From Ilumatobacter sp. (GTDB taxonomy: Bacteria > Actinomycetota > Acidimicrobiia > Acidimicrobiales > Ilumatobacteraceae): a stretch of 64,000 nt of DNA. Position numbers and translations under genes: made by a program. Under the pieces are notes generated by a model. That model searched no databases and had not been told where the DNA came from. It saw nothing but the letters and a program-made list of their open reading frames with translations. Positions 43,390 through 53,223 of this stretch are shown here, piece by piece (within the stretch, counting starts at the first letter, position 1; every line of letters begins with the position of its first letter). The stretch spans positions 48,720 to 112,719 of the forward strand of contig DATMEY010000032.1 in the NCBI GenBank assembly GCA_035556435.1. Direction: 5' to 3'.

Positions 43390-43899
43390 TCACTCGGTGG
43401 TGATCGCTTCGCGGACGGCGCCCTCGCGCACCGCCACCGGGGGCTTGTCGCTCCACGGGAAGTTGATCCACAAGTCGGTGCGCTTCCACACGTAGTCGCA
43501 CTTCACCACCGAGCGCGGCTTTTCGTAGATCACCGCCGTGCGGACCTCGCCGACCTTGCCTTCGCAGAACTGCTCGACCGTCTTCAGTGTGTGCCCGGTG
43601 TCGGCGACGTCGTCGACGATCAGGATGCGGGCGTCGCTCATGTCGACGAAGTCGGGGGCCGGCGGCAGGATCTGGGGCACGTCGAGGCGTTCGTCGATGT
43701 CGGTGTAGAACTCGACGTTCATCGTGTACGTGTTCTTGACCGACAGCGCGTACCCCATCGCCCCGCCGATCAACAGGCCGCCCCGGGCGATCGACAGCAC
43801 CATGTCGGGCTCGAACCCGTCATCGGCGATCATCTGGGCGAGTTCGCGGGAGGCCTGTCCGAAGGCCTCCCAGGTCAGGATTTCACGCTCTTCAGACAT
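43390..43899 (-). CDS. Purine phosphoribosyltransferase family protein
   Basis: PRPP-binding motif ILIVDDVADTGHTL, plus SIARGGLLIGG. Confidence 0.8.
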   Translation of the reverse strand: MSEEREILTWEAFGQASRELAQMIADDGFEPDMVLSIARGGLLIGGAMGYALSVKNTYTMNVEFYTDIDERLDVPQILPPAPDFVDMSDARILIVDDVADTGHTLKTVEQFCEGKVGEVRTAVIYEKPRSVVKCDYVWKRTDLWINFPWSDKPPVAVREGAVREAITTE

Positions 43900-43910
43900 G
43901 CGCCCTCACG

Positions 43911-46220
43911 CTACCCGTGCGGGCAGGCGACGATGTCGGTGGGGCGCACCGGGACGCGGTTGAGGGTGCTCGGGTCGCGGCCGGCCTGGCGGACTGCGTC
44001 GCGGATGGCCGCAGCGATTGCCGGGGTGACCGAAATGCACGGTGGCTCGCCGACCCCCTTGGCGCCGAGCGGGGCCTGGGGCTCGTATTCCTCGACGATC
44101 GAGGCCACCACCGGCGGCATGTCGAGCATGGTGGGTAGGAGGTAGTCGGTGAAGCTGGCGTTGCGGATACGCCCGTCGATCTGGACGATCTCTTCCATCA
44201 CCGCCAGCCCGAGTCCCTGGGCGATGCCGCCTTCGATCTGGCCGACGACCGACAGCGGGTTGAGCGCGACTCCGACGTCTTGGGCGGTGGCGACCTGCAC
44301 CACCTTCACCAAGCCCAGGTCGGGGTCGACGTCGACGACCGCCCGATGGGCCACGAAGGCCCACGCGGTGTGACAGTTGCCCTGGCCGTTGTGGTCGAGC
44401 CGTTCGGTCGGCCGGTGGTGGTATTCGAGTGTCTCGTCGAACACCAGCCCGGCGGTGGCCTCGACGACGGAGATCCGCAACTCCCCCGGGGTGTCCACTC
44501 CCAGATCGACGATGTCGGTGCCGTCGATCGCCAGGCGTAGCGGGTCGATGCCGTGGGCCGCGCCGACGTGCTCGAACAGACGCTCGCGCACCGCCCGGCA
44601 GGCCGCTTCGACCGCGCCCCCGCTCATCCAGGTCTGCCGCGACGCCGACGTGGAGCCGGCCGAACCGACATCGGTGTCGATCCGGTCGAGCACCACCTCG
44701 TCGACGCCCAGGACGGTGCGGGCGATCTGCTGGGCGAGCATCACGAACCCCTGGCCCACCTCGGCGGTGGCGAACTTCACGGCGGCGACACCGTCGGCAA
44801 GGCGTACCCGGGCCGTCGAGTAGTCGTCGAAACCCTCGGAGTACATCAGGTTCTTCATCGAGACGCCGTAGCCGATGCCCCGGTACACGTGCTGCGTGTC
44901 GGCGGTGCGCCCGGCGCCGCCCGGCAGCCGTAACGGGTCGCCGTCGTGGCCGCCGACCGGCTCGTCGGGGAACGGCAGCGCGACGGTTTCACGGATGCAC
45001 CGCTCGACTGGTGCCACCGAGTCCATCACCTGGCCGTGGATCAGCTCGTCGCCCGTGCGGATCGCGTTGCGCAGGCGCAGCTCGACGGGGTCGATGCCGA
45101 GCGCCTCGGCGAGCAGGTCCATCTGGCTTTCGTGGGCGTAGCAGGCCTGCACCACGCCGAACCCGCGCATCGCCCCGCACGGCAGGTGGTTGGTACGTAC
45201 GGCGTAGCCGTCGACCACCGCCGAAGGGCACCGGTACGGGCCCTGGGTATGGGTGATCGCGTTGAGGAGTACGGCCTCGGACGTGGACGCATAGGCCCCA
45301 CCGTCGAGCACGAAGCGGGCGTCGATGCGCACGATGTCGCCGTCGGGCGTGGCCCAATGCTTCATCCAGATGTTGGCCGGGTGGCGGTGCACGTGCCCGA
45401 GGAAGCTCTCGTGGCGGCTGTAGTGCATCTTCACCGGGCGCCCCAGGCGCAGGGCGAGCAGGCAGCAGTGCACCTGGAGCGAGATGTCTTCACGGGCCCC
45501 GAACGCTCCCCCGACGCCGCCGAGCACCAGCCGCACCTGCTCTTCGGCCAGGCCGAGGCAGGCCGCGATCTGCTTGCGATCCTCGTGCAGCCACTGCGTC
45601 GCGACGTACAGCTCGACGCCGCCGCCCCCGCTGTCGGGCACGGCCAGGGCGGCCTCGAGCCCGAGGAACGCCTGGTCTTGCATGCCGATCTCGTAGGTGG
45701 CCTCGACGGCGACCACGCCAGGCATCGCCGCTGCGGCGTCGGGCTCGCCGTACACGATCCGCTGGTGCCGGAAGACGCTGCCGGCGGCCAGCGCGGCCTC
45801 GGCGTCGATCAGTGGGTTGAGCACCTCGTAGTCGACCGCGATCGCGGCCAGCGCCCGGCGGGCCGTCTCAGGGTGGTCGGCGGCGACCGCCGCGATCGGT
45901 TGACCGACGTAGTTGACGACGTCGGTGGCGAACACCGGCTGGTCGTCCTCGATCAGCCCGTACGTGGGATGCCCGGGCACGTCGTCGGCGGTGATGACGG
46001 CGGCGACACCGTCGATCCGCCACGCCGGCCCGACGTCGATCGACACGATCCGGGCGTGCGGGTGCGGTGAGCGCAGCGTCGCCCCCCACAACACCCCGTC
46101 GCCCCCCAGGTCGGACGAGAACTCGAACGACCCCTGCACCTTGGCGACCCCGTCGGGGCGCCGCGGCGACGTTCCCAACGTGCCGTGCCGGTTGCCGGTG
46201 ATGGTCAGCGTGTCAGCCAC
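43911..46220 (-). CDS. Molybdopterin-binding large subunit of a xanthine dehydrogenase/aldehyde oxidase-family hydroxylase
   Basis: GTSPRRPDGVAKVQGSFEFSSD, QAFLGLEAALA, GGAFGARED and AMRGFGVVQ. The GTG at 46220 overlaps the end of the 2Fe-2S subunit gene; 46232 is an alternative. The track ORF up to 47021 is an over-extension. Confidence 0.85.
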   Translation of the reverse strand: MADTLTITGNRHGTLGTSPRRPDGVAKVQGSFEFSSDLGGDGVLWGATLRSPHPHARIVSIDVGPAWRIDGVAAVITADDVPGHPTYGLIEDDQPVFATDVVNYVGQPIAAVAADHPETARRALAAIAVDYEVLNPLIDAEAALAAGSVFRHQRIVYGEPDAAAAMPGVVAVEATYEIGMQDQAFLGLEAALAVPDSGGGGVELYVATQWLHEDRKQIAACLGLAEEQVRLVLGGVGGAFGAREDISLQVHCCLLALRLGRPVKMHYSRHESFLGHVHRHPANIWMKHWATPDGDIVRIDARFVLDGGAYASTSEAVLLNAITHTQGPYRCPSAVVDGYAVRTNHLPCGAMRGFGVVQACYAHESQMDLLAEALGIDPVELRLRNAIRTGDELIHGQVMDSVAPVERCIRETVALPFPDEPVGGHDGDPLRLPGGAGRTADTQHVYRGIGYGVSMKNLMYSEGFDDYSTARVRLADGVAAVKFATAEVGQGFVMLAQQIARTVLGVDEVVLDRIDTDVGSAGSTSASRQTWMSGGAVEAACRAVRERLFEHVGAAHGIDPLRLAIDGTDIVDLGVDTPGELRISVVEATAGLVFDETLEYHHRPTERLDHNGQGNCHTAWAFVAHRAVVDVDPDLGLVKVVQVATAQDVGVALNPLSVVGQIEGGIAQGLGLAVMEEIVQIDGRIRNASFTDYLLPTMLDMPPVVASIVEEYEPQAPLGAKGVGEPPCISVTPAIAAAIRDAVRQAGRDPSTLNRVPVRPTDIVACPHG

Positions 46221-46695
46221 CGGATGCTCCACGCGAGACGGCCACCTGCTGGACGGCTTCGATGATGCGGCCGTAGCCGGTGCAACGGCAGATGTTGCCC
46301 GACAGGGCCTCGCGAATCTCCATCTCGGTGGGCTCGGGGTTGGTGTCGAGCAGGTGATGGCTGGCCATGACCAGGCCTGGCGTGCAGAACCCGCACTGCA
46401 CGGCGCCGGCGTCGACGAACGCCTGCTGCACGTCGGTGGGTGCCGCCGGCTCGGCCAGCCCCTCGACGGTGCGCACCGGCTGCCCGACCGCCGACGCGGC
46501 CAGCACCAGACACGAACACACCAGCTCGCCACCGACCTCGACCGAACACGACCCGCACTCGCCCTGCTCGCAAGCGCCCTTCGCGGCAACCAGGCCGAGC
46601 CGCTCGCGCAGCACATACAGCAAGCTTTCACCGAGCCACGCGTCCTGCACCTCGCGGTCGACCCCGTTGACGTTGAGCGTGAAGAACTCAGGCAT
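46213..46695 (-). CDS. (2Fe-2S)-binding small subunit of the molybdenum hydroxylase
   Basis: CEQGECGSCSV and QCGFCTPG...CRCTGY cluster motifs. Confidence 0.9.
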   Translation of the reverse strand: MPEFFTLNVNGVDREVQDAWLGESLLYVLRERLGLVAAKGACEQGECGSCSVEVGGELVCSCLVLAASAVGQPVRTVEGLAEPAAPTDVQQAFVDAGAVQCGFCTPGLVMASHHLLDTNPEPTEMEIREALSGNICRCTGYGRIIEAVQQVAVSRGASGG

Positions 46696-47545
46696 GAAAC
46701 GCCCTCAACAGCAGCCGTTCGACCATCACCGCGACGGCGTGGCGGCGGTAGTCGGCGGTGGAACGGTGGTCGGTGATGGGGCTGGCCGCGGCGGCGGCCG
46801 CAACCCCCGCCTCGCGAGCCACCGCCGGGTCGAGCGTCAGTGCCGCCCAGTCGGCAGCGTCGGTGGCCAGCACCTCGGCGACCGGCGCCCGCACGATGGT
46901 GGGCGCCACCGAACCGAGCGCGATCCGCACCGAGCGGGTGCGCACGTCGGTGGCGACGCATGCCGAAGCGGTGGCGATCACCATCGCATTGCGCACCCCC
47001 ACCTTGCTGTAGCCCTGCCAACCTTCGAGCAACGGCACCTCGATCGCGGCGATCATCTCCCCCGGTTCGAGCGCCGTGCGCTTGACCCCGCGCATGAACT
47101 CGGCGACCGGCAACGTGCGCCCACCACCCGGCGACGCGAGCACTACACGGGCGTCGAGGGCGCTCAGCACCGGTAGCCCATCGCCCGCCGGGGAGCAGGT
47201 GGCGAGGTTGCCGCCGACGGTTCCGGCGTTGCGGATCTGCGGGCTGCCGACCGTGCGGGCCGCTTCGGCCAGCGCCGGCAGCAGCGACTTGAGCGGGTCG
47301 CGCTCGACGACCGACCAGCGCACCGCCGCGCCGAGCGTGACCAGCTGGGCCTCGGTGTCGATCGTGTACGACGTCAGTTCAGGCACCCGGCCCAGCGCCA
47401 GCACCATCTCGTCGCCGGTGAGCCGCCGATGGCCCTCGTTGACCTGCACCATCAGGTCGGTGCCACCGGCGAGTGGCACCGCGTGGGGGTACTCGGCCAG
47501 GGCTGCGACCGCGTCAGCCAACGAGTTCGGGGTCAACACCGGCAT
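46688..47545 (-). CDS. FAD-binding medium subunit (CoxM/XdhB-like) of the molybdenum hydroxylase
   Basis: PLAGGTDLMVQVN, IRNAGTVGGNLA and ITDHRSTADYRRH. Confidence 0.9.
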   Translation of the reverse strand: MPVLTPNSLADAVAALAEYPHAVPLAGGTDLMVQVNEGHRRLTGDEMVLALGRVPELTSYTIDTEAQLVTLGAAVRWSVVERDPLKSLLPALAEAARTVGSPQIRNAGTVGGNLATCSPAGDGLPVLSALDARVVLASPGGGRTLPVAEFMRGVKRTALEPGEMIAAIEVPLLEGWQGYSKVGVRNAMVIATASACVATDVRTRSVRIALGSVAPTIVRAPVAEVLATDAADWAALTLDPAVAREAGVAAAAAASPITDHRSTADYRRHAVAVMVERLLLRAFHA

Positions 47546-47597
47546 CGGGAAAGACTGTACAAAACGTCAACGGCGCATGAGGTCGAGGCCGCCAGGC

Positions 47598-48452
47598 TCA
47601 TTCGACGATGAGGCCGTCGATGTCGTCTTGGGCGGGGGGCCACTGTGGGTCGATCGCCTCGAGGTGGTGGCGCAGGATGCGCGCCACCACCAGGTTGCGC
47701 ACCCACTTGCGGTCGCCGGGGACGACGTACCACGGCGCCGAGCCGGTCGACGTCTCGCGTAGCGCAGCCTGGAACGCGGCCTGGTAGTCGTTCCACAGCG
47801 CCCGGTCGTCGAGGTCGCCGAGCCGGAACTTCCAGCGCTCGTCGGGGTCGTCGATACGGTCCTGGAAGCGCTCGCGCTGTTCCTCCTTCGACGTGTTGAG
47901 GAAGAACTTGACGATGCGAATGCCCTCGTCGGTGAGCATCCGCTCCCAGTCGCGGATGTGGCCGTAGCGTCGCTTCCACACCGGCTCGGGCGCGAGGTGC
48001 TTGACACGCACCACGAGCACGTCCTCGTAGTGGCTGCGGTCGAACACCGAGATCGTGCCGCGCCGCGGGGCGTGGGCATGGATGCGCCACAGGTAGTCGT
48101 GAGCGATCTCCTCCCTCGACGGCACGCCGAACGCCGACACGTTCACGGCCGCCGGGTCGAGCCCGCCGAACACGGTGCGAATCGTGCCGCCTTTGCCGCC
48201 CGCGTCGACGGCCTGGAACACCACCAGCAGGCCGGCTTGCTCCTCGGCGTACAGCTTGAGGACGAGCTCGGCGAGTTGTGCCTGCTCGACCGCCAGCTCG
48301 GCCTTGGCAGGCTCCTTCTCCCACCCGAACGTCTCGGCCGGGTCGTACTTGGCGAGGTCGACCCGCGCCCCCGCCCGGCACTTGGCGACGACGTTCGGGC
48401 CACTCCGGGCGCGCTTGGTGGACGGGAGGGTCGGGGCCGTGTCGGGCATCAC
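47598..48452 (-). CDS. ppk2: Polyphosphate kinase 2 family protein
   Basis: VVFQAVDAGGKGGTI (Walker A-like), YLWRIHAHAPRRGTISVFDRSHYEDVLVVRV and PWYVVPGDRKWVRN. Confidence 0.9.
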   Translation of the reverse strand: MMPDTAPTLPSTKRARSGPNVVAKCRAGARVDLAKYDPAETFGWEKEPAKAELAVEQAQLAELVLKLYAEEQAGLLVVFQAVDAGGKGGTIRTVFGGLDPAAVNVSAFGVPSREEIAHDYLWRIHAHAPRRGTISVFDRSHYEDVLVVRVKHLAPEPVWKRRYGHIRDWERMLTDEGIRIVKFFLNTSKEEQRERFQDRIDDPDERWKFRLGDLDDRALWNDYQAAFQAALRETSTGSAPWYVVPGDRKWVRNLVVARILRHHLEAIDPQWPPAQDDIDGLIVE

Positions 48453-48564
48453 GTCAACTTAGGTGTTCGGCCGGCGCGGTTGTGTAAGGTCGCCGGTCGG
48501 TGCCCTACCCGCGGGTAACCGGCACCACGTACCCCCAACAAAGAACACAGCGAGGAACCCCCCG

Positions 48565-50376
48565 ATGTCCCGCTCTCGGCTTGCCGCCCTTCCACTCGTC
48601 GCCGCGCTCGCGCTGGCTGCCTGCGGAGGAGGTGACGACGACACGACCGCCCCCGGCACCACTCCCGCGCCAGGCACTGGCGGTGACGGCGCACCTGCTC
48701 CCACCGCGGCTCCCGGCGTCAGCGACCCGGGCGAGGCTGGCGATGACGGCACGGGCGACGACGACGGTGGCGACGGCCCGATCGTGGTGACGTTGCCGCC
48801 CGGCACGGTGCCCGAGGCTGCGGCGGTGGCCGGCGGCACGCTGCGGGTCGCCCTGGAAGCCGAAGTCGACGGGCTCAACCCGGTGTCGAGCCAGGTCACC
48901 GCGGCGGCCGGGCTGATGATGGCGGCGGCCGTGTTCGACACCCTCGCCGCCACCGATACCGCCGGCGACCCGGTGCCCTACCTGGCCGAGTCGTTCACCC
49001 CCAACGACGACTTCACCACCTGGGACGTGAAGCTCCGCGAGGGCATCACGTTCCACGACGGCACCGCTCTCGACGCGCTGGCCGTGCAGCGCAACTTCGA
49101 GACCCAACTCGCCGACCCGCTGGTGGGCCTGGCCGTCAAGCCGTTCCACCCGGCCGAGGGCGCCACCGAGATCATCGACGAGTACACGATCCGCTACACC
49201 CTCAGCGAGCCCAACGTGCGCTTCCCCGCCCGGCTCACCACCCAGATCGGCATGGTCGCCTCGCCCACCTGGCTCGACGCAGCGATCGCCGATGCAACCT
49301 TGAACCAACGCCCGGTGGGCACCGGCCCGTTCGTGTTCGACAGCCGCAGTGAAGACTCGGTCACCCGGTTCGTGCGCAACGACGACTACTGGAACGGCGA
49401 GGTGTACCTCGACGCGATCGAGTTCGTGCCGGTCACCGACGGCGGTGTCGCGGCCGACCTGCTGTACAACGGCGAGGTCGACGCGCTGCACACCACCGAT
49501 CCGGGTACCGTCGCCGACCTGCGGTCCAACGTCGATGCGTTTCCGCAGCAGTTGCTCGACGACTCGGGCGACGACCGGTTCATCATCATGAACACGGCGA
49601 AGCCGCCGTTCGACGACGTCCGTGCCCGCCAGGCGCTCGCCTACGCCACGCCGCGGCAGTTGGTGCTCGACCTGTTCGCGGTACGCCAGTGGCGGCCCGC
49701 CTCGCAGCGGTTCATCCCCGAGAGCCCCTACCACAACCCCGACCTCGTGCAGGTGGGCGACGACGCCGACCGGGCCGTCGCCCTGGCCGCCGAGTACTGC
49801 GCCGAGCGCGGCGGTGAGACCAACCCGGTCACGAACCAGCCGACGTGCAGCAACGGCAAGATCAACATCGAGTACCAGTGGTCGGGTCCGTCGGTGTCAC
49901 AGACCCGACTTGCCGACGTGCTCGTCGACGGCTGGGGCGCGGCGTTCAACGTCACCCGCGACGAAAAGCTCCAGGACCAGAACATCCTCGAGGTCGTCAC
50001 CGGGGGCTACAACGCCGTGTCGTGGACCCAGTTCAACGACCCCGAGCCGATCAACGACAACGTGTGGGTGCTGTGCCGCACGGCCCCCGCCGAAGGCATC
50101 GCCCTCAACTTCTCGCGCTACTGCGACGAGCAACGCGACGCGCTGCTGGTCGAAGCGGCCGCCACGGTCGACGACGCGGCACGGGCCGAACTGGTGCAGC
50201 AGGCCGAGGCGCGGATCAACGAATCGTTCACGTACGTGTTCCTCGGGCACGTCCTGTGGGACTACGCGTTGGCCTCCAACGTGCACGGGCTCTGCGATAG
50301 GACGTCACCGGAAGGAACGCGCCTAATGTGTGTTCGCCAGGGAAATTTCTGGCCGACGACGGTCTGGATCGATTGA
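48565..50376 (+). CDS. Opp/Dpp-type (family 5) ABC substrate-binding lipoprotein, paralog 1
   Basis: ATG at 48565 after GAGGAA. Sequence MSRSRLAALPLVAALALAACGGGDDD has a lipobox, followed by a Thr/Pro/Gly/Asp linker. Family-5 SBP body: FHDGT..., DDYWNGEVYLDAIEF. Confidence 0.85.
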   Translation: MSRSRLAALPLVAALALAACGGGDDDTTAPGTTPAPGTGGDGAPAPTAAPGVSDPGEAGDDGTGDDDGGDGPIVVTLPPGTVPEAAAVAGGTLRVALEAEVDGLNPVSSQVTAAAGLMMAAAVFDTLAATDTAGDPVPYLAESFTPNDDFTTWDVKLREGITFHDGTALDALAVQRNFETQLADPLVGLAVKPFHPAEGATEIIDEYTIRYTLSEPNVRFPARLTTQIGMVASPTWLDAAIADATLNQRPVGTGPFVFDSRSEDSVTRFVRNDDYWNGEVYLDAIEFVPVTDGGVAADLLYNGEVDALHTTDPGTVADLRSNVDAFPQQLLDDSGDDRFIIMNTAKPPFDDVRARQALAYATPRQLVLDLFAVRQWRPASQRFIPESPYHNPDLVQVGDDADRAVALAAEYCAERGGETNPVTNQPTCSNGKINIEYQWSGPSVSQTRLADVLVDGWGAAFNVTRDEKLQDQNILEVVTGGYNAVSWTQFNDPEPINDNVWVLCRTAPAEGIALNFSRYCDEQRDALLVEAAATVDDAARAELVQQAEARINESFTYVFLGHVLWDYALASNVHGLCDRTSPEGTRLMCVRQGNFWPTTVWID

Positions 50377-50432
50377 GCCAGGACGCTCATCGGGCGGGAC
50401 CCATCCACTTACAAGATCCAGGGGGAGATCAG

Positions 50433-52247
50433 ATGAGGACGAACTATCGGCACCGCGGCGCGCAGCGCCTGGCAGCCAGCGCGGTCGTGGCCGCGCTGGC
50501 GGTCGCCGCCTGCGGCGGCAACGACGACGACAGCACCGACAACACGCCACCGGCCACCCAAGCCCCGGCCACACCCGGCGACACGAGCGCTCCGTCACCG
50601 ACCGACGCGACCCCCCCGCCGGCCACCGACAAGCCCGACACCGGTGGCCCCGTGGTCGTCACCGTTGCGCCGAACACCTCACCACCGGAAGCCGAAGCGG
50701 TCCGCGGGGGCACCGTCCGGTTCGCGATCGAGGCCGACGTCGACGGGCTCAACCCCACCAGCTCGCAGCTCACCGCGGCACCCGGCCTGGTGATGGCAGC
50801 AGCCGTGTTCGACAAGCTCGCCGAGCTCACCCCCACCGGCGCCCCCGTGCCGGTGCTGGCCGAATCGTTCACACCGAACGCCGACAACACGTCGTGGGAG
50901 GTTGCTCTCAAGCAGGGCATTTCGTTCCACGACGGCACGCCGTTCAACGCCGAGGCCGTGCGCGTCAACTTCGAGGCCCAGTACGAGAACACCCTGGTCG
51001 GCCTGGCGGTCAAGCCGTTCTACCCCGAGACCGGGGCGATCGAGGTGGTCGACGAGTTCACCGTCCGCTTCAACCTGCTCGAACCGAACGCACAGTGGCC
51101 GGCCTACATGGCCAGCCAGCTCGGCATGGTCGCCTCACCCACGTGGCTCGCCGCGGCGATCGCCGACCCCACGCTCAACCAGCGCCCGGTCGGCACCGGC
51201 CCGTTCGCGTTCGACAGCCGCAGCGAAGACTCGGTCACCCGGTTCGTGCGCAACGACGACTACTGGAACGGCGAGGTGTACCTCGACGCGATCGAGTTCC
51301 TGCCGGTGCCCGACTCGGCCACCCGCGCCGAACTGTTGATCAACGGCGCGGTCGACGCCCTGCACACCAGCGAACCGGGAGCCATCCGCGACCTCCGTGC
51401 GGCCGACGGCATCACGCGGATGGAGAACGACTCGGGCGACGAGACGTTCATCATGCTCAACACGCACGTGCCGCCGTTCGACGACATCCGTGCCCGCCAG
51501 GCACTGACGTACGCCACTCCCCGCACCGAGTACCTCACCCTGATCGGGCTCGGGGTGGTGCGCCAGGCCGACCAGATGTTCACCCCCGAGTCGCCGTACT
51601 ACAACCCCGACATCACCCAGGAAGGCGACGACCCCGATCGTGCCGTTGCCCTGGCCGCCGAGTACTGCGCCGAGCGCGGGGGCGAGACCAACCCGGTCAC
51701 CAACCAGCCCACGTGCACCAACGGCAAGATCAACATCGAGCTCCAGTGGTCGGGCCCCGACGTGGTGCAGACCCGCATCGCCGACATGCTCCAGAGCGCG
51801 TTCAGCCCGGCGTTCAACGTCACCCGCGACGAACTGCTCCAGGACACGCACATCCTCCAGGTCGTCACCTCGGGGTACAACGTGTCGACGTGGCGCCAGC
51901 TCGGCGCACTCAACCCGATGACCGACAACGTGTGGTTGATGTGCCGCACCGCCCCTGACGAGGGCCTGGCCCTGAACTTCCCCCGGTTGTGCGACCCCGA
52001 CCGCGATGCGGCGTTGCTCGCTGCCCAGGCCACCACCGACGAGACCGAGCGGGCCGCCCACTACCGCGAGGTCGTCCGCCTGATGCACGACTCGTACGCC
52101 TACGTGTTCCTCACCCACACCATGTGGGTGACGGCGTTCGACGAGAGCGTCCAGGGCATCTGTGACCGCACCGCTCCCGACGGCACGTCGTTGGCGTGTG
52201 CGATCGGTGGCACCACCTGGCATCATACGCTCTGGCTCGACCGGTAA
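50433..52247 (+). CDS. Opp/Dpp-type ABC substrate-binding lipoprotein, paralog 2
   Basis: ATG at 50433 after GGGGGAG. Lipobox LAVAACGGNDDD. Shares long nucleotide-identical tracts with paralog 1. Confidence 0.85.
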   Translation: MRTNYRHRGAQRLAASAVVAALAVAACGGNDDDSTDNTPPATQAPATPGDTSAPSPTDATPPPATDKPDTGGPVVVTVAPNTSPPEAEAVRGGTVRFAIEADVDGLNPTSSQLTAAPGLVMAAAVFDKLAELTPTGAPVPVLAESFTPNADNTSWEVALKQGISFHDGTPFNAEAVRVNFEAQYENTLVGLAVKPFYPETGAIEVVDEFTVRFNLLEPNAQWPAYMASQLGMVASPTWLAAAIADPTLNQRPVGTGPFAFDSRSEDSVTRFVRNDDYWNGEVYLDAIEFLPVPDSATRAELLINGAVDALHTSEPGAIRDLRAADGITRMENDSGDETFIMLNTHVPPFDDIRARQALTYATPRTEYLTLIGLGVVRQADQMFTPESPYYNPDITQEGDDPDRAVALAAEYCAERGGETNPVTNQPTCTNGKINIELQWSGPDVVQTRIADMLQSAFSPAFNVTRDELLQDTHILQVVTSGYNVSTWRQLGALNPMTDNVWLMCRTAPDEGLALNFPRLCDPDRDAALLAAQATTDETERAAHYREVVRLMHDSYAYVFLTHTMWVTAFDESVQGICDRTAPDGTSLACAIGGTTWHHTLWLDR

Positions 52248-52263
52248 GGGGCCGGCGGACGCG

Positions 52264-53223
52264 ATGAACTATTGGCTTCAACGTGTGGGCATGGCAGTCC
52301 TGCTGCTGCTCACGGTCAGTGCCCTCACGTTCGGAGCCATGAACGTGCTCGGCGATCCGCTGTTCAACATCTTGGGCCCGGCCGCGGCCGACGTGAACAA
52401 CCCCGCCAACGCGGAGAAGATCGCGGCGGCCAGGGCCGAGTACAACCTCGACGACCCGCTCCCGGTGCGGTACGTCAAGTGGTTGGGCGATTTCGTCACC
52501 GGCGACATGGGCGTGCAGTTCTCGAGCACGGGCCAGCCGCCGGTGACGAACCTCATCCAGGAACGCCTGCCGCGCACGCTCACGTTGCTGGTGATGGCCC
52601 AGGCGTTCGCGGTCGTGCTGGCGGTGCCGTGGGCGCTGTTTTCGGCCTCGAAGGCCAACAAGACGCCCGACAAGGTGTCGACGCTGGCCTCGTTCGCCAT
52701 GATCGCGCTGCCGGCGTTCGCACTTGCGGTGATCTTGAAGTACCTGCTGGCGATCAAGCTGGGGTGGTTCCCACTCGCCTACCGTGCCAGCGACTCGTTC
52801 CCCAAACGGCTCTGGCAGACCGTGCTGCCGGCGCTGACGATCGCGCTCCCCGCGGCCGCGGTGTACCAGCGGTTGCTGCGCACCGACTTGATCACCACGC
52901 TCCAGGAAGACTTCATCCTGATGGCCCGCAGCAAGGGCGTGTCGCGGCGCGACGTGCTCTACAAGCACGCCCTCCGGCCGTCGCTGTTCTCGTTCGTGAC
53001 GGTGTTCGGCATCAACACCGGGGCGCTGATCGGCGGGGCGTTCGTGGTCGAGAAGATCTTCTTGATCCCCGGCCTCGGCCTGACGATCGTCGAGTCGATC
53101 GCCCGCGAGGACTTCCCGGTGGTGCTCGCGATCGTGATGATCGTCACCGCCGCGTTCGTCGTGCTCAACGTGTTGATCGACGTGCTCTACTCGCTGATCG
53201 ACCCGCGGGTGCGGGCGTCGTGA
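52264..53223 (+). CDS. Opp/Dpp-type ABC permease (DppB/OppB-like)
   Basis: MNYWLQRVGMAVLLLLTVSALTFGAMNVLGDP N-terminus typical of OppB/DppB. BPD_transp_1 core. Confidence 0.9.
   Translation: MNYWLQRVGMAVLLLLTVSALTFGAMNVLGDPLFNILGPAAADVNNPANAEKIAAARAEYNLDDPLPVRYVKWLGDFVTGDMGVQFSSTGQPPVTNLIQERLPRTLTLLVMAQAFAVVLAVPWALFSASKANKTPDKVSTLASFAMIALPAFALAVILKYLLAIKLGWFPLAYRASDSFPKRLWQTVLPALTIALPAAAVYQRLLRTDLITTLQEDFILMARSKGVSRRDVLYKHALRPSLFSFVTVFGINTGALIGGAFVVEKIFLIPGLGLTIVESIAREDFPVVLAIVMIVTAAFVVLNVLIDVLYSLIDPRVRAS

Noticed and set aside
46221-47021. Extension of the molybdopterin subunit ORF to 1,036 aa
   Set aside because: The region is occupied by the clearly recognisable 2Fe-2S and FAD subunit genes in other frames. 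The extension is Arg/Gly-rich.
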